The notes under the pieces are model-generated. The model made no database searches, was not told where the DNA came from, and was given only the letters and a program-made list of their open reading frames with translations. From positions 53,878,001 through 53,942,000 of the forward strand of contig NC_043013.1 of the NCBI RefSeq assembly GCF_006345805.1: a stretch of DNA of 64,000 nt. Reading direction: 5' to 3'. Source of the stretch: Octopus sinensis. Its lineage: Eukaryota. The position numbers were made by a program, and so were the translations under genes. How positions within the stretch are numbered: the stretch's first letter is position 1; each line of letters begins with the position of its first letter. Positions 48,187-62,600 of the stretch are shown piece after piece.

Positions 48187-49886
48187 TACATAGATACATA
48201 TATATATACATACATATACATACATAGATACACACACACACACACGTAATATGTGTATTTGTGTTCACCACTCCCTGCATTCCCCTCCGCTGTATCTACC
48301 ACTCTTTCGCTCTCTCATGAACTTAAATACCTGTACACCCTATTGAATCTGCTGTACCACTTCTATCCACCTCCCTGTACCCTTACACACCTTCACCATC
48401 CTCTCCTTTCTCTTCTCTTTCTTCTAATTTTGGTAACCATGTATATCCTCAGCAGCAAGACACTTGCCTCTGTTCCCATATATTTTAACCTTTCATCTCC
48501 TGCTACCAAGCCACTTACCTCAATTCTACTCCCTCTCGTGGGGGTGGGATTATCTTGTAGGTTACTTGGTGACTTCGATGGGGCTGGTACCATGTGAAAA
48601 AAAAAAAAATGGCACCCACTGCACTCTGTAAAGTGGTTGCTGTTAGGGAAGGGCATCCATCCATAGAAGCCAGGCCAAAATAGGCAGAGCTTGGAACGGT
48701 GATACATGTGTGTGTATAAATAACACTTCTTTTTATAGACGTAGGTAATATTAATATACATGTATATTATATAAATCTAATGCATTTTTTCATATTAAAT
48801 GTGGTATACATAGGTTATATATATGTGTGTGTGTGTATATATATATATATGAATAATCTTTGTGTGTGTAGAACAGATTATTGATATAGAATAAAATATG
48901 AAAACTATGCATCAAGCCAGTGTATATGCCTCCCATTATGTATGCTCCAGTCTAAAGTAATATAACAGTAGAAATCTCCATTATATATTTTCACTATTGT
49001 TTTTTGATTACAGGAAACCTAAATCATCAATTGTAAAATAACAATTCTCTATGAGAAATAATTTTTGTTTTTTTCATAAATCAATAGACTTGCCTTTCAA
49101 TGTCTGCGATTTATCAGCAACAATATAAAACATCTTAAATAAAATACATTGAATGTATAAAAATTCTTCCGATTCTTTCAGTTTATTTTTTTCTTAAATT
49201 TTGCATTTAAATCCTGTGAAAACCTAATTATTTATATGAAAATATATAACCATTAAACCAGGTTATGTAAATGATGGTGGTTTTTTTTCCTGATATATTC
49301 TAGAGCAAAAGTAAAATACATTTCCATTAGAACATGACTTGAACATTATTTCAAGTGGATGTTTAAGAATTGTCACAGTGTTTTTGTCTTGTATTTTGAG
49401 TCAAGTTGCTATATTGAATATTATTTTGAATAAATACATAGCTTCAAATACATTACAAAGATCCTATCTCATGTTTCTATTCTTTGAATGATACAAACTT
49501 TCCTTTTAATATGGACTTCAGAACAATTTGTCATTGTTGTGTAGATTTTTTTTATTATTTCTTATTATACATGAATGATGGAAATGGCTAAAAGCAAGAA
49601 AATATTTGAATCAAATTAAAATAAAGCAGAACAAAGATGGAAAGTTTTCAAAAACAATCAGAAGACTTAACTGGAATTAAAATAGTTTAGATAAAAAAAA
49701 AAAATGAATACAAAGGCAAAATAAATTCTACAAGAAGCTAATTCTAAGTCTGTAAATGTTTATTAAAGTGTTCAATCCTGGTCTACAATTCAGATTCCTG
49801 ATATGTATAAAATGGTGCAATCTCATGTTATTGACTTAAACCTTGAGAGAAGAATTTGATAAATGAAAACTATGCAGAAGCTTGTG

Positions 49887-49945
<59 letters not shown>

Positions 49946-51049
49946 AAGCATGTATATATATATAGTGACATTGAAGGACACATCTTTCGATTTACAATCT
50001 AATATAGTAGAACATTTAGTATATGTGTGTATATGTATATATATGTGTGTGTGTATATATATATATTGCCTGTTATATACATTATATCATTTTTATAATT
50101 TACTTCATCTTTACTTTTTAATTGTCACTTTAATTTTAACTTTCCTGTGATATACAATTTTCAAGATGGTGTAATTTAGTTGTTCATTTTGAATCGATAA
50201 AAGGTTTTTTTTCTAATATTTCATGTATAAGCATGTATATATATCATCATCATCATCATCATCGTTTAACGTCCGCTTTCCATGCTAGCATGGGTATAGT
50301 GGTATAAATATCAACACAATTTTTTCCTCTTCTTCCCTTATTTTTCTTTTTCTTTTTTTGTTTCTCTTCCCTTCTCTAAACACACAGACACACACACACA
50401 CACGCACACACACACACAAACACACACACAGACACACACACAGACACACACACACACACTTCCACAAAAGGATCATAAAAAGTGGAAAGAATTCTTAAAC
50501 CCAAAAAAGCATTTGACCATTCTCACAATGATAAAAGGAAATATAATTTATGGCCTGCCTCCCCGCCACCACACACTCAGTGAAACTGTGAAGTGGTCAA
50601 AGCTGAAATTCTTAGAACCCCCTTGGAGTCAATATTCTGTCCAGTAGACCAAAAAAATTCTTTCCTCCTTCTTTCCTCTCTCTTCCCCTCTTTCTCTTTA
50701 GCACTCACCTCAGATACAAACACACACACACACACCACACACACACACATACACACTTGTTCTCTCTCTCACTTTCTCCTCATCCATCTCATCCTCTTGT
50801 ACTGTCTTACATTCCTCCCCACCACTACGAAACTCTATAAAATGATTAAAATTCCCCACACAGGAACTTAGTTTGATTTGAAAACCCCACTAGAATGGGA
50901 GAAAGCGCTAATGATCTAAGTGATATGATATATATATATATAAAATGTAATATATAAATAAATATTTGTAAATATAAACCATCCGATCTTCTGATTACCT
51001 CATTTCTTCTAATATATAATACCTGTACATCATCTCCAAACCTTCCAAC

Positions 51050-51085
<36 letters not shown>

Positions 51086-51132
51086 ATATATATATGTGTG
51101 TGTGTGTATATATATGTGTGTGTGTGTGTGTG

Positions 51133-51172
<40 letters not shown>

Positions 51173-51192
51173 CATATATACATACATACACA

Positions 51193-52351
51193 CAGGGTGT
51201 ATAAGATATTTGAGGACAGATTTATGTTTATAAAGAATCAGATATATAATAACAGATAATATCCTTATTTATCAAAAAATGCTATGAGGATAAAAATAAC
51301 CTTCTTTTCTAAGTGGTCCTGGTTCCTTTTGAATATCACTCTGACTATGGCAGCTTTCGTAGAATCTTTGCTGTTGTAGGCATGTTCATTGACCTCTTTC
51401 TCAACAATGCTTCACATGTAATAGTCCAATGGATTGAGGTCTGGGGAATTAGAAGGCCAAATGTTAGAGGCCATATGATCATGAAAATTTTCAATCATCC
51501 ATTCCTGTGTTACTAGAGCCATGTGTGATAGTGCAGAGTCTTACTGAAACACATATGGCCTTCCATTGCAAAGACGGTCTATCCAAGGCTTAACAATTAT
51601 TTCCAGGATCTCAGTGTAGGCAGCAGAGTTAACTCAAAGGCCTTGTGGAAAGAAGTAAGGAGGCATTACATATCCTTCATTGCTGACAACCCCTAAAACT
51701 ATGACAGTTGCAAGAAATTTTGTATGCATAACACTTGGAACTTCAGAAGGGTCTGCACATTTGTCATTTCTTCTGTTAACTTTTTGATCTTGGTGGAAGT
51801 TTTTCTCGTTTGAGAAAAACCAAATCAAACCATCATCTACTGGATTTTTTCAGTTTGTTTAAGAGCCTTTTAGATCTGATGTAGAGATTTTCTTTTGCTT
51901 TTTCTGACAAATTCCCCTTTCCTCATAATATAACACTTATTTCTGATGTCTTCATGGACATTTCTGACTGTTCCTTCTGACACATGGAGATCTTTTGCAA
52001 TTGACTCCATGGACTTTCTGAGATTGTTGAACTTGCTGGATAAATTCATGTGTTCTGGGGATTTCGGAGTGTTTAGAATGGTTTTTATGCTTTGATACTG
52101 ATCGTATGTTTCCATCTTCAATCTCTAGCTCCTTACAAACTCTGCAGATGAAAGATCTGGCAACTTTTAAAACTCAAGATATTTCTAAATCGTTATGCCC
52201 AGCCTTTATAACCACAAAAACAGCATGCCTCTGCATGTCTTGAGTAAGCTATGGGTCGGCCTTTATTTTCTGATACAAAGATTATACAGAGTTAGCAAAA
52301 AATGCAGCAATGACCCAAAGTGGTATGTCCTCAAACACCTTATGCACTCTG
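51193..52351 (-). mobile_element. Tc1/mariner (DD37D/maT-like) fossil with both TIRs
   Basis: TIRs cagggtgtataagatatttgaggaca / tgtcctcaaacaccttatgcactctg (22 of 26 match), the right one followed by TA. Transposase pieces SIAKDLHVSEGTVRNVHEDI and IWFFSNEKNFHQDQKVNRRND...PPYFFPQGL. Confidence 0.88.
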
Positions 52352-52469
52352 TATGTGTCTGTGTGTGTGTGTGTGTGCATTTGTGTGTGCACATGTGCAT
52401 GCGTGTACGTATGTATGCATGTTCATGCATATGTGTTTGTATAGATATGTGTGAGTATAGGTACCAAAA

Positions 52470-53335
52470 CTTTTAGATAGGGACCGTTGGACTCTTACAT
52501 GAATTGTTAGAAAGGATCACAAAAGTACAGTTCCCAAAATTACTGCAGAGCTTAATGACCACTTCGAGAACTCAGTTTCAAGAAAAACAGTTTGCCAAGA
52601 GCTGCACAAAGCAAGATTTCACTGGAGCGCTGCAATCAGAAAACCACAGCTTTCAAAAGCAAATGTTGCAAAGCATTTCGAGTGGAGTAAAAACTTACAG
52701 AATTGGTCCTCTTGAATGAGTCATCCTTTACCTTACTTTTGGCCGCCAGCTGATTATATATGTGGAGACAGCCAAAAGAAGCATTTGACCCAGACTGCCT
52801 TCTTCCAGCTGTTAAACATGGAGAAGTATCTATGATGATCTGGGGGGGACTGTATCTCAGAAATCCACATGCCCAATGGTTTCCCTTCATGCCAGAATTA
52901 ATAGTCAAGACTATTTAAGCATTTTATCTCATCAAATTCATCCTATCATTGTGAAACTGTTTCTAGGGGGAAACACAATCTTTCAGGATGATAATGCACC
53001 AACTCACACATCTAAAGTTGTTTCTGAATGGCATGAGGAGAATTCTAGTTGAACATCTTATCTGGCCACCACAGTCCCCAGATCTCAATATTATTGAACA
53101 TTTAAGGTGCACTTTAGAAAAACCAGTAAGGAGTCAATATCCTCCATCATCACTACAAGAACTGGAGACTGTTTTATCTGATGAATGGACAAAAATTCCT
53201 TTGGAAACAATTCAAACTTTGTATGGGTCCATACCTTGTAGAATTCAAACTGTAATTACTGCCAAAGGTGGTCCTACTCCATATTAAAATTAATTTTTTT
53301 GAAATTTTAAGGTGTTTCCATTATTGTGTCGAACT
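52470..53335 (+). pseudogene. Tc1 (DD34E) transposase remnant
   Basis: IFQDDNAPTH, WPPQSPDLNIIEHL and IPCRIQTVITAKGGPTPY* (ORF 52988-53287). Confidence 0.85.
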
Positions 53336-53634
53336 CCTCGCCAAACAATGTCCAAGAAGCTAAGCTAAGATTCTTTCTTTCAATCTCATTTTCCATCCCT
53401 GTACGCATTCACCATTCACATCTTAAATGGATTATTTACTAACAGCTTGTTTTTCTTTTCATGAGCTAACCATTGGAAATGTCCCCTCAAAATATAATTT
53501 TTAATTGTATCTCATAATTTTATTAAGTTAATTACTCGTTTCTCCCCCTGTTTAATCTCATCTTTATTACCATATCTCGTCCTTTTGTCCCCTCTACTGG
53601 AAGTCTTTCTCCTGGAACTTCTCTTTCTCCTGGA

Positions 53635-53945
53635 ACCTCTCTTTGTGGCTGGTAACTTCAGTGGATATGTTGGACATCTGGGTGGTGGCTTCCTTGGCAC
53701 GCTGGTGGCAAAGGATTTGCTTCCCATAATGCAGAGGGAACCAGGCTGCCGGAGTTCTGTGATGCAAAATAACCTTATGATCTGCAATGCTAACTTCAGG
53801 AAACCTGCCAGTCATCTGTTCATCTACCAATCTGGTGGGCACACTAGTCAGATTGATTGCATTCTAGCCAGAAAATGGGGATGATGGCTGCTTATAAATG
53901 CCAAAACCTTCCTAAGTGAAGAATGCACCCCACAACACAGACTAA
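53635..53945 (+). pseudogene. RTE endonuclease fragment, same family as 31912
   Basis: FVAGNFSGYVG...NNLMICNANFRKPASHLFIYQSGGHTSQIDCILAR, with DNA similar to 31912-32065. Confidence 0.8.
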
Positions 53946-54289
53946 AAGAGAATGATTTCCTCAAGACACAATAATATATAGGTCAAAACAGTTTGATTCA
54001 AATTCTTTTAGTGCTTTAAGTTCCAAATTTCTGATAGCTGGGGATTTGCATCATACTGTGAAACTAAAGGAATTTGAATCAAAATGTTTTGATCCATATA
54101 ACTAATTCCCAATTATTGTGTTGAGTGTCCTGCTTTCATTTGTCTACTCACTTGTATGTATGTATGTATGTATGTATGTATGTATGTATGTATGTATGTA
54201 TGTATGTATGTATGTATGTATGTATGTATGTATGTATGTATGCATGCATGCATGCATGCACGTGTGTGTGTGTGTGTGTGTGTGTGTAT

Positions 54290-54595
54290 ACTCTTTTACT
54301 CTTTTACTTGTTTCAGTCATTTGACTGCAGCAATGCTGGATCACCACCTTTAGTCGAGCAAATCGACCTCAGGACTTATTCTATTGGCCGCTTTTGCTGA
54401 ACTGCTAGGTGACGGGGACGTAAATATACCAGCATCAGTTGCCAAGCGATGTTGGGGGGACAAACGCAGACACACATACATAAATATATACATACAGTTT
54501 CCATCTACCAAATCCACTCACAAGGTTTTGGTTGGCCTGAGGCTATAGTAGAAAAGACTTGCCCAAGCTACTTACCCCACAGCCACTCCTACGCC
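54290..54595 (-). mobile_element. SINE family A with internal deletions, next to (TATG)n
   Basis: ctcttttactcttttacttgtttcagtcatttgactgc...cacagccactcc. Confidence 0.8.
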
Positions 54596-54611
54596 TATAT
54601 ATCTAAATATT

Positions 54612-54680
<69 letters not shown>

Positions 54681-55192
54681 GGAGCCATACTAATAATCAC
54701 CTGCACTCACCAATGTGGGAATTGCATCTTATAGCAGAAAACAGCTGTCAGCTAATGAAGTTCATTACATAATTTATTCTTTTCGTAATTTTACTTTCTT
54801 ATATTAGTTGTGTGTGTGTGTGTGTGTGTGTATACAGTTCACTTTGAATTTCACTAATTTTGGATTGTCTTAAAAATGTGTTACATGCATTTTGAGATAT
54901 ATTAATTTCATTATTTTTTGTATCTGAATATGTTAACACAATAGAAACAATTGTCAGCTTTTTAAAGCGAATTCTACAATTAAAGATGTGAATTTCTCCA
55001 TTTTTATTGTCTAATTCTCTGAATTTTTCAAAATTCTTCTAAATGATACTTGGATCATCTTGTCATACATGAAGGATTATCGTGAATGTGTTTTGTACTT
55101 GCATTTCTTGGAATCTGATTGTTGGCTGTGGTTAACCAAATTCGTTTAAAACTGAATGATTTATTTATATCTGCCCTTCTTTTCCCTTCTTA

Positions 55193-55585
55193 TCTCTCTC
55201 TATATAAAGCTGAAGTTGTCTGTGTATGGCAGGTTTGGTAGCCTTCAACTAACACTATCTCCTCTGAAACCCTGCGGCACAAGTTGACCAAAATTGAGAG
55301 TATGATAGAAGAAGGTTTGCTCTTCCTTCTGTAGAAGATAAAATTAAAATTGGACTATGTTAATACCAAAAATTATTTACATCAAAAAGGTGCTTTTTTT
55401 CTATGAAAATCCCTATTTTTTTACGATTTTTTGACTGCTGTGTTACCATTTTTCGGTGTATTTCAACCAGAAAAATGTTCATTTAAAGAGAATAACAAGC
55501 TACATAATGCAAAATTTTTACTTTTCAAAAATTCCAATTCTAAAGGGTCGAAACAAACCCGAGCAACGCCGGGCGATACTGCTAG
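55193..55585 (+). mobile_element. Non-autonomous Helitron
   Basis: A|TC start (tctctctctatataaa), a GC-rich hairpin cccgagcaacgccggg about a dozen bases before the end, and a CTAG|T end. Confidence 0.85.
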
Positions 55586-55888
55586 TCTATATATAAAGTT
55601 GCATCATTAGAAATGTTAATGTAACTAATTGCTAGAGATGAATAAATATGTAGCTAATTCCTATATCTTCTGGGTTCAATACGAGTAACTAAATTCCATG
55701 CAGATAATGCTTCCGCAAGGCTTTAGTCTAACAAGTGAAACCAGTAAAAGAAGAAAATGCTTCAAAAATGCATTTTGAAGGTGTGAATCTGGATTTTTTC
55801 CTTCCTGTCAAATGAAATATAATCATAATTAGAAATATAAAATTTCTAAATATCTCAGAGAGATATGAGCGGTGGTGGAATGATAGAG

Positions 55889-56270
55889 CGGTTGTATGCT
55901 GTCAACTTAACGTGACAGTCCCATAGAGGGAATTACACCACCGCTATTTAGCCCTAGGAAGCATCAACGCTTCCTGTCGGCCATGACACATTTCTTGTGT
56001 CCTTACTGAAAAAATATATATATATATGTTTATAAAGCCTAGACAGGCATCTTCAGCTAGCAGGCCATGCTACAACAGACTGATGACAAGCAAGACTCAG
56101 AAACATGTCATGTCTCTGGATGCAGGCCTAGCAGTTGGGGGTGCTTGTCTCCCCTTTGTAAACATAAGGACACAGGAAATGTGTCAAAGCCGACAGGAAG
56201 CATTGGTGCTTCCTAGGGCTAAATAGCAGTGGTGTAATTCCCTTTATGGGACTGTCACGTTATACAACCG
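55889..56270. mobile_element. Foldback element with ~100-bp arms and a structured interior
   Basis: taacgtgacagtcccat...gtgtcctta (55908-56005) pairs with taaggacac...gactgtcacgtta (56165-56262). Outer cggttgta / tacaaccg. Confidence 0.85.
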
Positions 56271-58599
56271 AAATCTAATCATTTTTCTTGGATTAGAAAA
56301 GATATCCAGTTGTAGAAACCATGCCAAAGCTGACATAAAAAACTCTGCTGTCTGCTGATTCATTGTGCCTGGTTGATCATTCAACTTATGCTAGTGAAGT
56401 AAACCGATATTAAATGATTATGTTTGAATACATCAGTATCATAATCTATATTTTATCCATTTTCATGCACTGGAATATTTTAAATAGATCTGTTTCAAAA
56501 ATTCTTGTAGCCATTGTTGCATGAAATCCTATTTTGTGGAATTTTCATAACTTTTTACATATTCAAACTATTGGAGTAACTTCTGTCCCCCCTTCACTTT
56601 TATTGGAGCCATTTTCTCAGTTTGATTCTGTTAATACCCCACCGACCCATTATAATTCCTTCTGGGTTATATACCCACTTTGTTCCCTTCTTCATCTTTC
56701 AATACCATACCATACCTCTTCAAGTAGAAAAGATTAATGATTATTTCTTTGAAATTTTGTCAGAGATCAATAGTGTTAACATTTACATAATCTTGTTTAA
56801 ATGAAATTTTGTTCCGTCTCTTTCAAAGTAGACCTGCTTTGGATGTCTGCTTTAAAATGTAATTCAGTATTATACAGTTGCTTCACTTAATGCAGTTGCA
56901 AGTTATGTTGCATTAATTCAGGTAAGCTGGTTGTAAATTTACAATTTAAACACATTAAATGAACAGGTAGTTCAACTGACTTTTGCTAATCAATGATAAA
57001 AGATCATGGACTGCTATGACAGTTTGTTAAAGGTCGTTAATAAAACCCTCAGTTGTTATTCAAATTTTGATCCAGCACACCACTTGTGATCAAAAGTGTT
57101 CCGGCTCTGATGAGCTTACATTTTTCTCAGATCAAGTGACTACATGGTTTCCTTCATTGGCTCAGTAGTTCCTTTCTCTGTGCTGGGTTATATTTGAACA
57201 TTGTTACAAAATGCAAGTGAATTTGGAAGACACTGTCAGATAAAACATATCTACATATCATTGATGGTAATTGGTGCAGATTAGGAACTTTGTTTACATT
57301 TTCATATCTAATTTCATATCCTACATGGAACTATTTTAATTGGATTTAATTACCCAGTTGCCTTCAGCTTCAAAATTGAACTTTGTGCTATCAGCATCTG
57401 TGAAACAGAAGTTTAAACTTTGACATACTGTTGAAAAATTTCTAAGCCAAAAACCTGGTCTTGTAATGATTCTGTTATGGAAGAGGAATGAATAGATGAG
57501 GGGATTCATCTTCTACCTTACATTAGAGAGATTTTTTACTTCCTTTGTACTCAAGGTTAGCATGATTCTTGTGATCATATTACGTTCCAGGATTTTCTGA
57601 CAATTGCAGTACCATGTGGTAGTGTCATACTGTAAATTAAGAGCAAATTTTGGAAATCAGGTAAAATTTGTCTAATAATTGTGAGATGAAATATTCTTAT
57701 TTGTACTGAAAATAAATCTCTTTAAGATACCTGCTTTTTGTAGTTGATTGTTATCTGTTCTGCTTGTAAACTAGCTGCTGTGAACAATACCTATAAAACT
57801 TTCCAAGCTATTTCAAAAGAAAATTGCTTCTTAACTTAAGTGTAAATGTTTAGAAAGATTGATTTGTTCCTAACCTGTAAGGGAAATATTGGGAAATACA
57901 TATGGTTATAGAAGAGTCGGCCATTCACAAAGCAATGTGAAGAATATGATTTACTGTGAAACCTGTCTCTATGCTGCAGTCTTTTTGGCTAGAGTTGTGA
58001 ATATATTTAATTACCATTTCTCATCTATTTAACGAAGTGATTTTTTATCAAAGTCTTTTTTGTTAAACATTTGTTTAAAGTAATGTAATAATTCTTTTCT
58101 TTAATAATAAACTACCTGCTGTGAACACTGCTTCAGTAGACAATTGCTCAATTATTAGTTTAGTTTGCCTTTTTCATATAATACTTGATAGAGCAGTTGA
58201 CTGTTTATAATAGTAAGATAACTATTACTTTTCAACATTACTTCTTTCTCTGTATTGAATTGGTTCCAAGGAATCCAATCCAATATAGACAAAAGCTTAT
58301 TGCCTATTAATTCTAAGTAAAAGCAAAAGAAATAGAAGCAATGTGATTCTAAAGTAGTCTTTGATGGCATAAAAGATGCATGGGCATATGTAGATGCACT
58401 CTAATTCCAGCAGTACATATTCACAATAAAAGATTTTAGTGCATTAAAGTGTGTAATATAGGTTCAATTTCAGATACAGGACCTTGGTGGACTTTTTTGA
58501 AACTTATCTTTTTTTGTAGAAAAAATGTGCCATTTGTATACCATCAAATATAGTACTTTATTGTATCATATTTAATGGCATATTGAATTATTTAAAATT

Positions 58600-59610
58600 G
58601 ATCATTTATTTAAGAGACAGTTTGAATGCTTGTTTAATCTGCAACCAACTAATTATACTGCTACAGAAGCAATGAAAAACATTTGTGAAGTGTATGTGGA
58701 TGCAATTAAAGCTTGTATATGTTAGCTGTGGTTTTAAATGGTTTAAAGATGACGATTGTGACATATCTGACAAGACTTGCTTTGGAAAATGATCTACACT
58801 GAATGACAGCCTTTTGAATGAGACTGTGGTATCAGATCCACATCAAAGCACCAGAGATTTGGAGCAAAAATTTAACGTGTTATGTACAATTATCCCCAAA
58901 CATCTTGAGCAAATTGGGAAAACATACAAAGAGGGAAATTGGGTTCTACATGAACTTATGCTTGAGAAATGAACAACATTCCACCATCTGCAGCAGTCTT
59001 CTAGCCAGGAATGACAGCCTATCATTTCTGCCCATTGTTACAGGTGATGAGAGATAGGTTTTGCATCACAACAGAAAATGGAAAAGACAATGTTTACCAT
59101 GTAATGAGAGGTAATTGCCAACACCAAAACCAGAATTCCATGCCATGTACAAAAATCCTTGCTCTGTGTTTGATGGAACATGAAATGTATCATCCATTAT
59201 GAGCTACCGGAACATGGAAGGACCATCAATTCAGATGTCAAATGCCTACAACTTGATCGTGTAAATGAAAAATTACATCTAAAGTGGCCAGCTTTGTAAA
59301 ACAGAAAAGGTGTTAATCTCCAGCATGACAATGCTCAGCCACACTCTTCAAAACAAACCAAGAATATATAAGATTGTTAGGATGGGAAGTTCTTCCACAT
59401 CCTCCATACTCACCTGACTTAGCACCTAAGAATTTCCATCTGAGAATTTTAAAAGAGGCAAAACATTCAGAAACGGGGGAAGTTGAAAACTGTCTTTCAG
59501 ACTTTTCTCAGGAAAAGAAATAAGTTTCTTTGAATGTGGCATAAAAAAAAAGATACTTTCCCATTGGGCTGCAGTCATTGAAAATAATGGTGATTCCGTT
59601 CTTGATTAAA
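58600..59610 (+). pseudogene. mariner (DD34D) transposase fossil
   Basis: IVTGDER, LQHDNAQPH and LGWEVLPHPPYSPDLAP.NFH read across frameshifts. Confidence 0.85.
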
Positions 59611-62600
59611 ACTGTTCAGATAAACCGAGATAAACATTTGTTTTTATAACCCTTTTCTGCTAAACTGGAACTACTTTCTGAACACTTTATTTTATTAGTA
59701 ACAAAAAAAAAAGGGTACCTTCCAAATCTTGGAACTCTTTTTGCATATAGAACTCATTCTCAAGTTTCTTGCAAAGAGAAAGCTGCATTTGTGCAGTGCA
59801 TATCTTCAGTCATCCTAAATGCAAATTATCATTCTGGTTCTTTCTCTGAAGTTCCATTTCTGCATGGTTTGTATGGTTGGATATCCGTTCTATCACCAAC
59901 AATTTTACAACATATACTGGGTGTCATTTTATATGATCCCAGCACCGGAGAGGTTGCTGAGTCGCCTCTTCCCCTCTACTTTGTCTCCATTCTTTCCAGG
60001 CAAGTGACTGTGAGTGTGAAAGTGGGGACTATAAGCGACAAAATAAAAAGTAGTTAGAAAGGTAAGAGAGGTGGTATAGGAGATGAAAGGGATGGCAACA
60101 TGTAGAAGGTTAAATAACAAAATACAACATGAGTACCTTGATGGGACGAAAATTAAAACTGGTCGTCATATGAGAAAGTGAGTGATGGTGAAAAACGGAC
60201 ACTGGTAAGAGTGATAGATGTCAACTTGGTGTCCTGGAGGAAGCAGAGAGAATGACGGTTAGTGGTGGAGGGTGACAGAATGATGTACTGAATATGGGTA
60301 GACCCAGTTGCATCTCTCATTACATAAATATTAGGAGAGTAGAAAAAAGAAATGATGTAAGGATTAGGTATGAGAAATGATAAAGAAATTTAGTGCAGAC
60401 AAATCAGATGTCATGCCCACCCTCTTTGTGCTGGAAACAGTACTGCAAAGAGGATAGGAGGTGAAAGAGGTTGAATAAGACAGGAGATGGAGAGTTAAAA
60501 GGAGTAAACTGAGCAAGAGTTCCAGTGATATCTCAATCTCCATCATATTAACAACCATTTAACAATAGCATTGCACTGGTGGATATGTCTTCTCCAGCAT
60601 TGCATCATGCCAAATAGAATTCATTTTAAGATGAAAACAAGCATCACCCTTCCGAAAGAAAACTGTCCAAAACATCCTCTGATGTGCAAAAAAGACAAAC
60701 AAAATGATAGTCCCTTTAATTTATGAGGATCTGAGTGGCTATGTGTGTATCTGTAGGTTTGAATTAAGGGTGGTAGTAGTGGGCAATGCTTTAGGAATGG
60801 TGTGTTATTGGGGCAGGGTTGTAAGTATTTTGGTCTGATTAATATCTCATAGTAGCAACTAACAAACAAAAAACCATGTCTCTTGCATTTCTAGATTCTC
60901 TATTTTAACCTTTTAGCATTCAGATTATTCTGTCAAGTGTAATGCCTTTATCCAAGTTAATCGTGCATTATCTCAGAGCTCCAAGATTTTTGCTGTGATT
61001 GTTTACTTTTAGGATGACATTGTAGGGTAGGTGCGAGATAGCAAATCTGGCTCATTTGAATGTAAAACAGGTAAAATATTTGGCCTCATATGACTGATTT
61101 TAAATACTAAAGGGTTTATTGTTCTCTGCAAGGTCACATGAGTAACCAGTAATATCTGCCAAATCTCTTGATCTCTTAGAAAGTTGTGGTATATTTTAAA
61201 ACATGAAAACATTAGTGTAGTCAGTTCTAAAGCAACTGGCTTAGTATTTACAAAAAATGTTGGTTTATTTGAATGTGGAATAAATGATGTGCTTAATGTA
61301 AAAGAATATAAACACATGCATGTGTTTTTTTTCTCTTCAGGGAAATGACAAAAGGCCTGTAAAAGTTTACATACAAACACACACACTCTCTCTTCCTCTG
61401 TCTACCCCCACCCTCCTGTGTGAGACACTATTTTATCTCCTCTCCTCCTCTCTTATTTCTTTGCTTCATACTCATGTCTCTTAATTTTTCATTTCTCCCT
61501 CCCTCTGCCATAACGTTTCTTTTACACGCCTTCTTTTTTGTGACTCTCTCCTTCCCCTCTTCTTAACAGAAGCCACACTACTCACTCTCTTCCACACACA
61601 TATCCTTTACACTATCACTCCCTTATTCTCTCATTGTCTTTCTACATCTCTCTTTCTCTTGTAAGTGTGGCATTACTACAACATGTTTGAGTGTGTGTGT
61701 GTGTGTGTTAGAAGAAAGCTGTTTTTACAGCACTTTTCCTTCAATCTATTCTTTTTTCTTTAACTGATATAATAATCATTTATACAAGCTTACAATAGCA
61801 AAAAAAAAGGGAAGTGACTTGACCTTTTATATATATAAAGTGAGCTGACCATGGATGGAATATCAGTGACAGAAATTTCCAAGCAAAAAAAAAAAATTCA
61901 ACCTGGAATATAGCATCAACATCTGGGATGCTTATTCAAAACTGTAGCTTCTGCAATTCACAAAATAATACAAAATTATTGTTAAAACAAAACACAGCTT
62001 TCTAAAGATATTTTCTGTGATATTCTTTAAGAAATTGTATTTTTTAATTTAGTATAAAACCATGTTGATGGAGCATCTCAGAAGTACATATATATTTTAA
62101 ATAAAATCATATTTATCCAGCATTAGTTTTGCCTCTTTTGTCTAGCGATAGATTTTTTTATTTACAATATTACTACAGATGTTCTAATTCAAAAATTAAA
62201 TTTCATGAGCTTTTTGAATATTTCTAAAAGCTTTACATTCAATTCTTCTAAATAATGAAACAAAATTTGAAGAACTTTTATTGCATACCCCCATTGCATT
62301 ATTTTTTTTACTTCTGAAGACAAATTCCACTGAAGTAATTTTTGGCAAGAAATTCTAATTCTAGTCTCTTCTGCTAGTAAGCCAACAATGAATATTCAAT
62401 AGGTGAATGTCAATATTTCTTATTCTGAATTTAATCACATTTGATATAAAATGACTATTTAGGAGAATTAGAAGAAGAATTTCTCTTTGAGAAAGAAATA
62501 TACACATGACCAAAAAGAAAATTAAAAAAAACATCAAAACATACTGAGGAATAAGTTTTGAATAAAAGTTGAATATTTAATTGAAATTGATTGATTTTAA

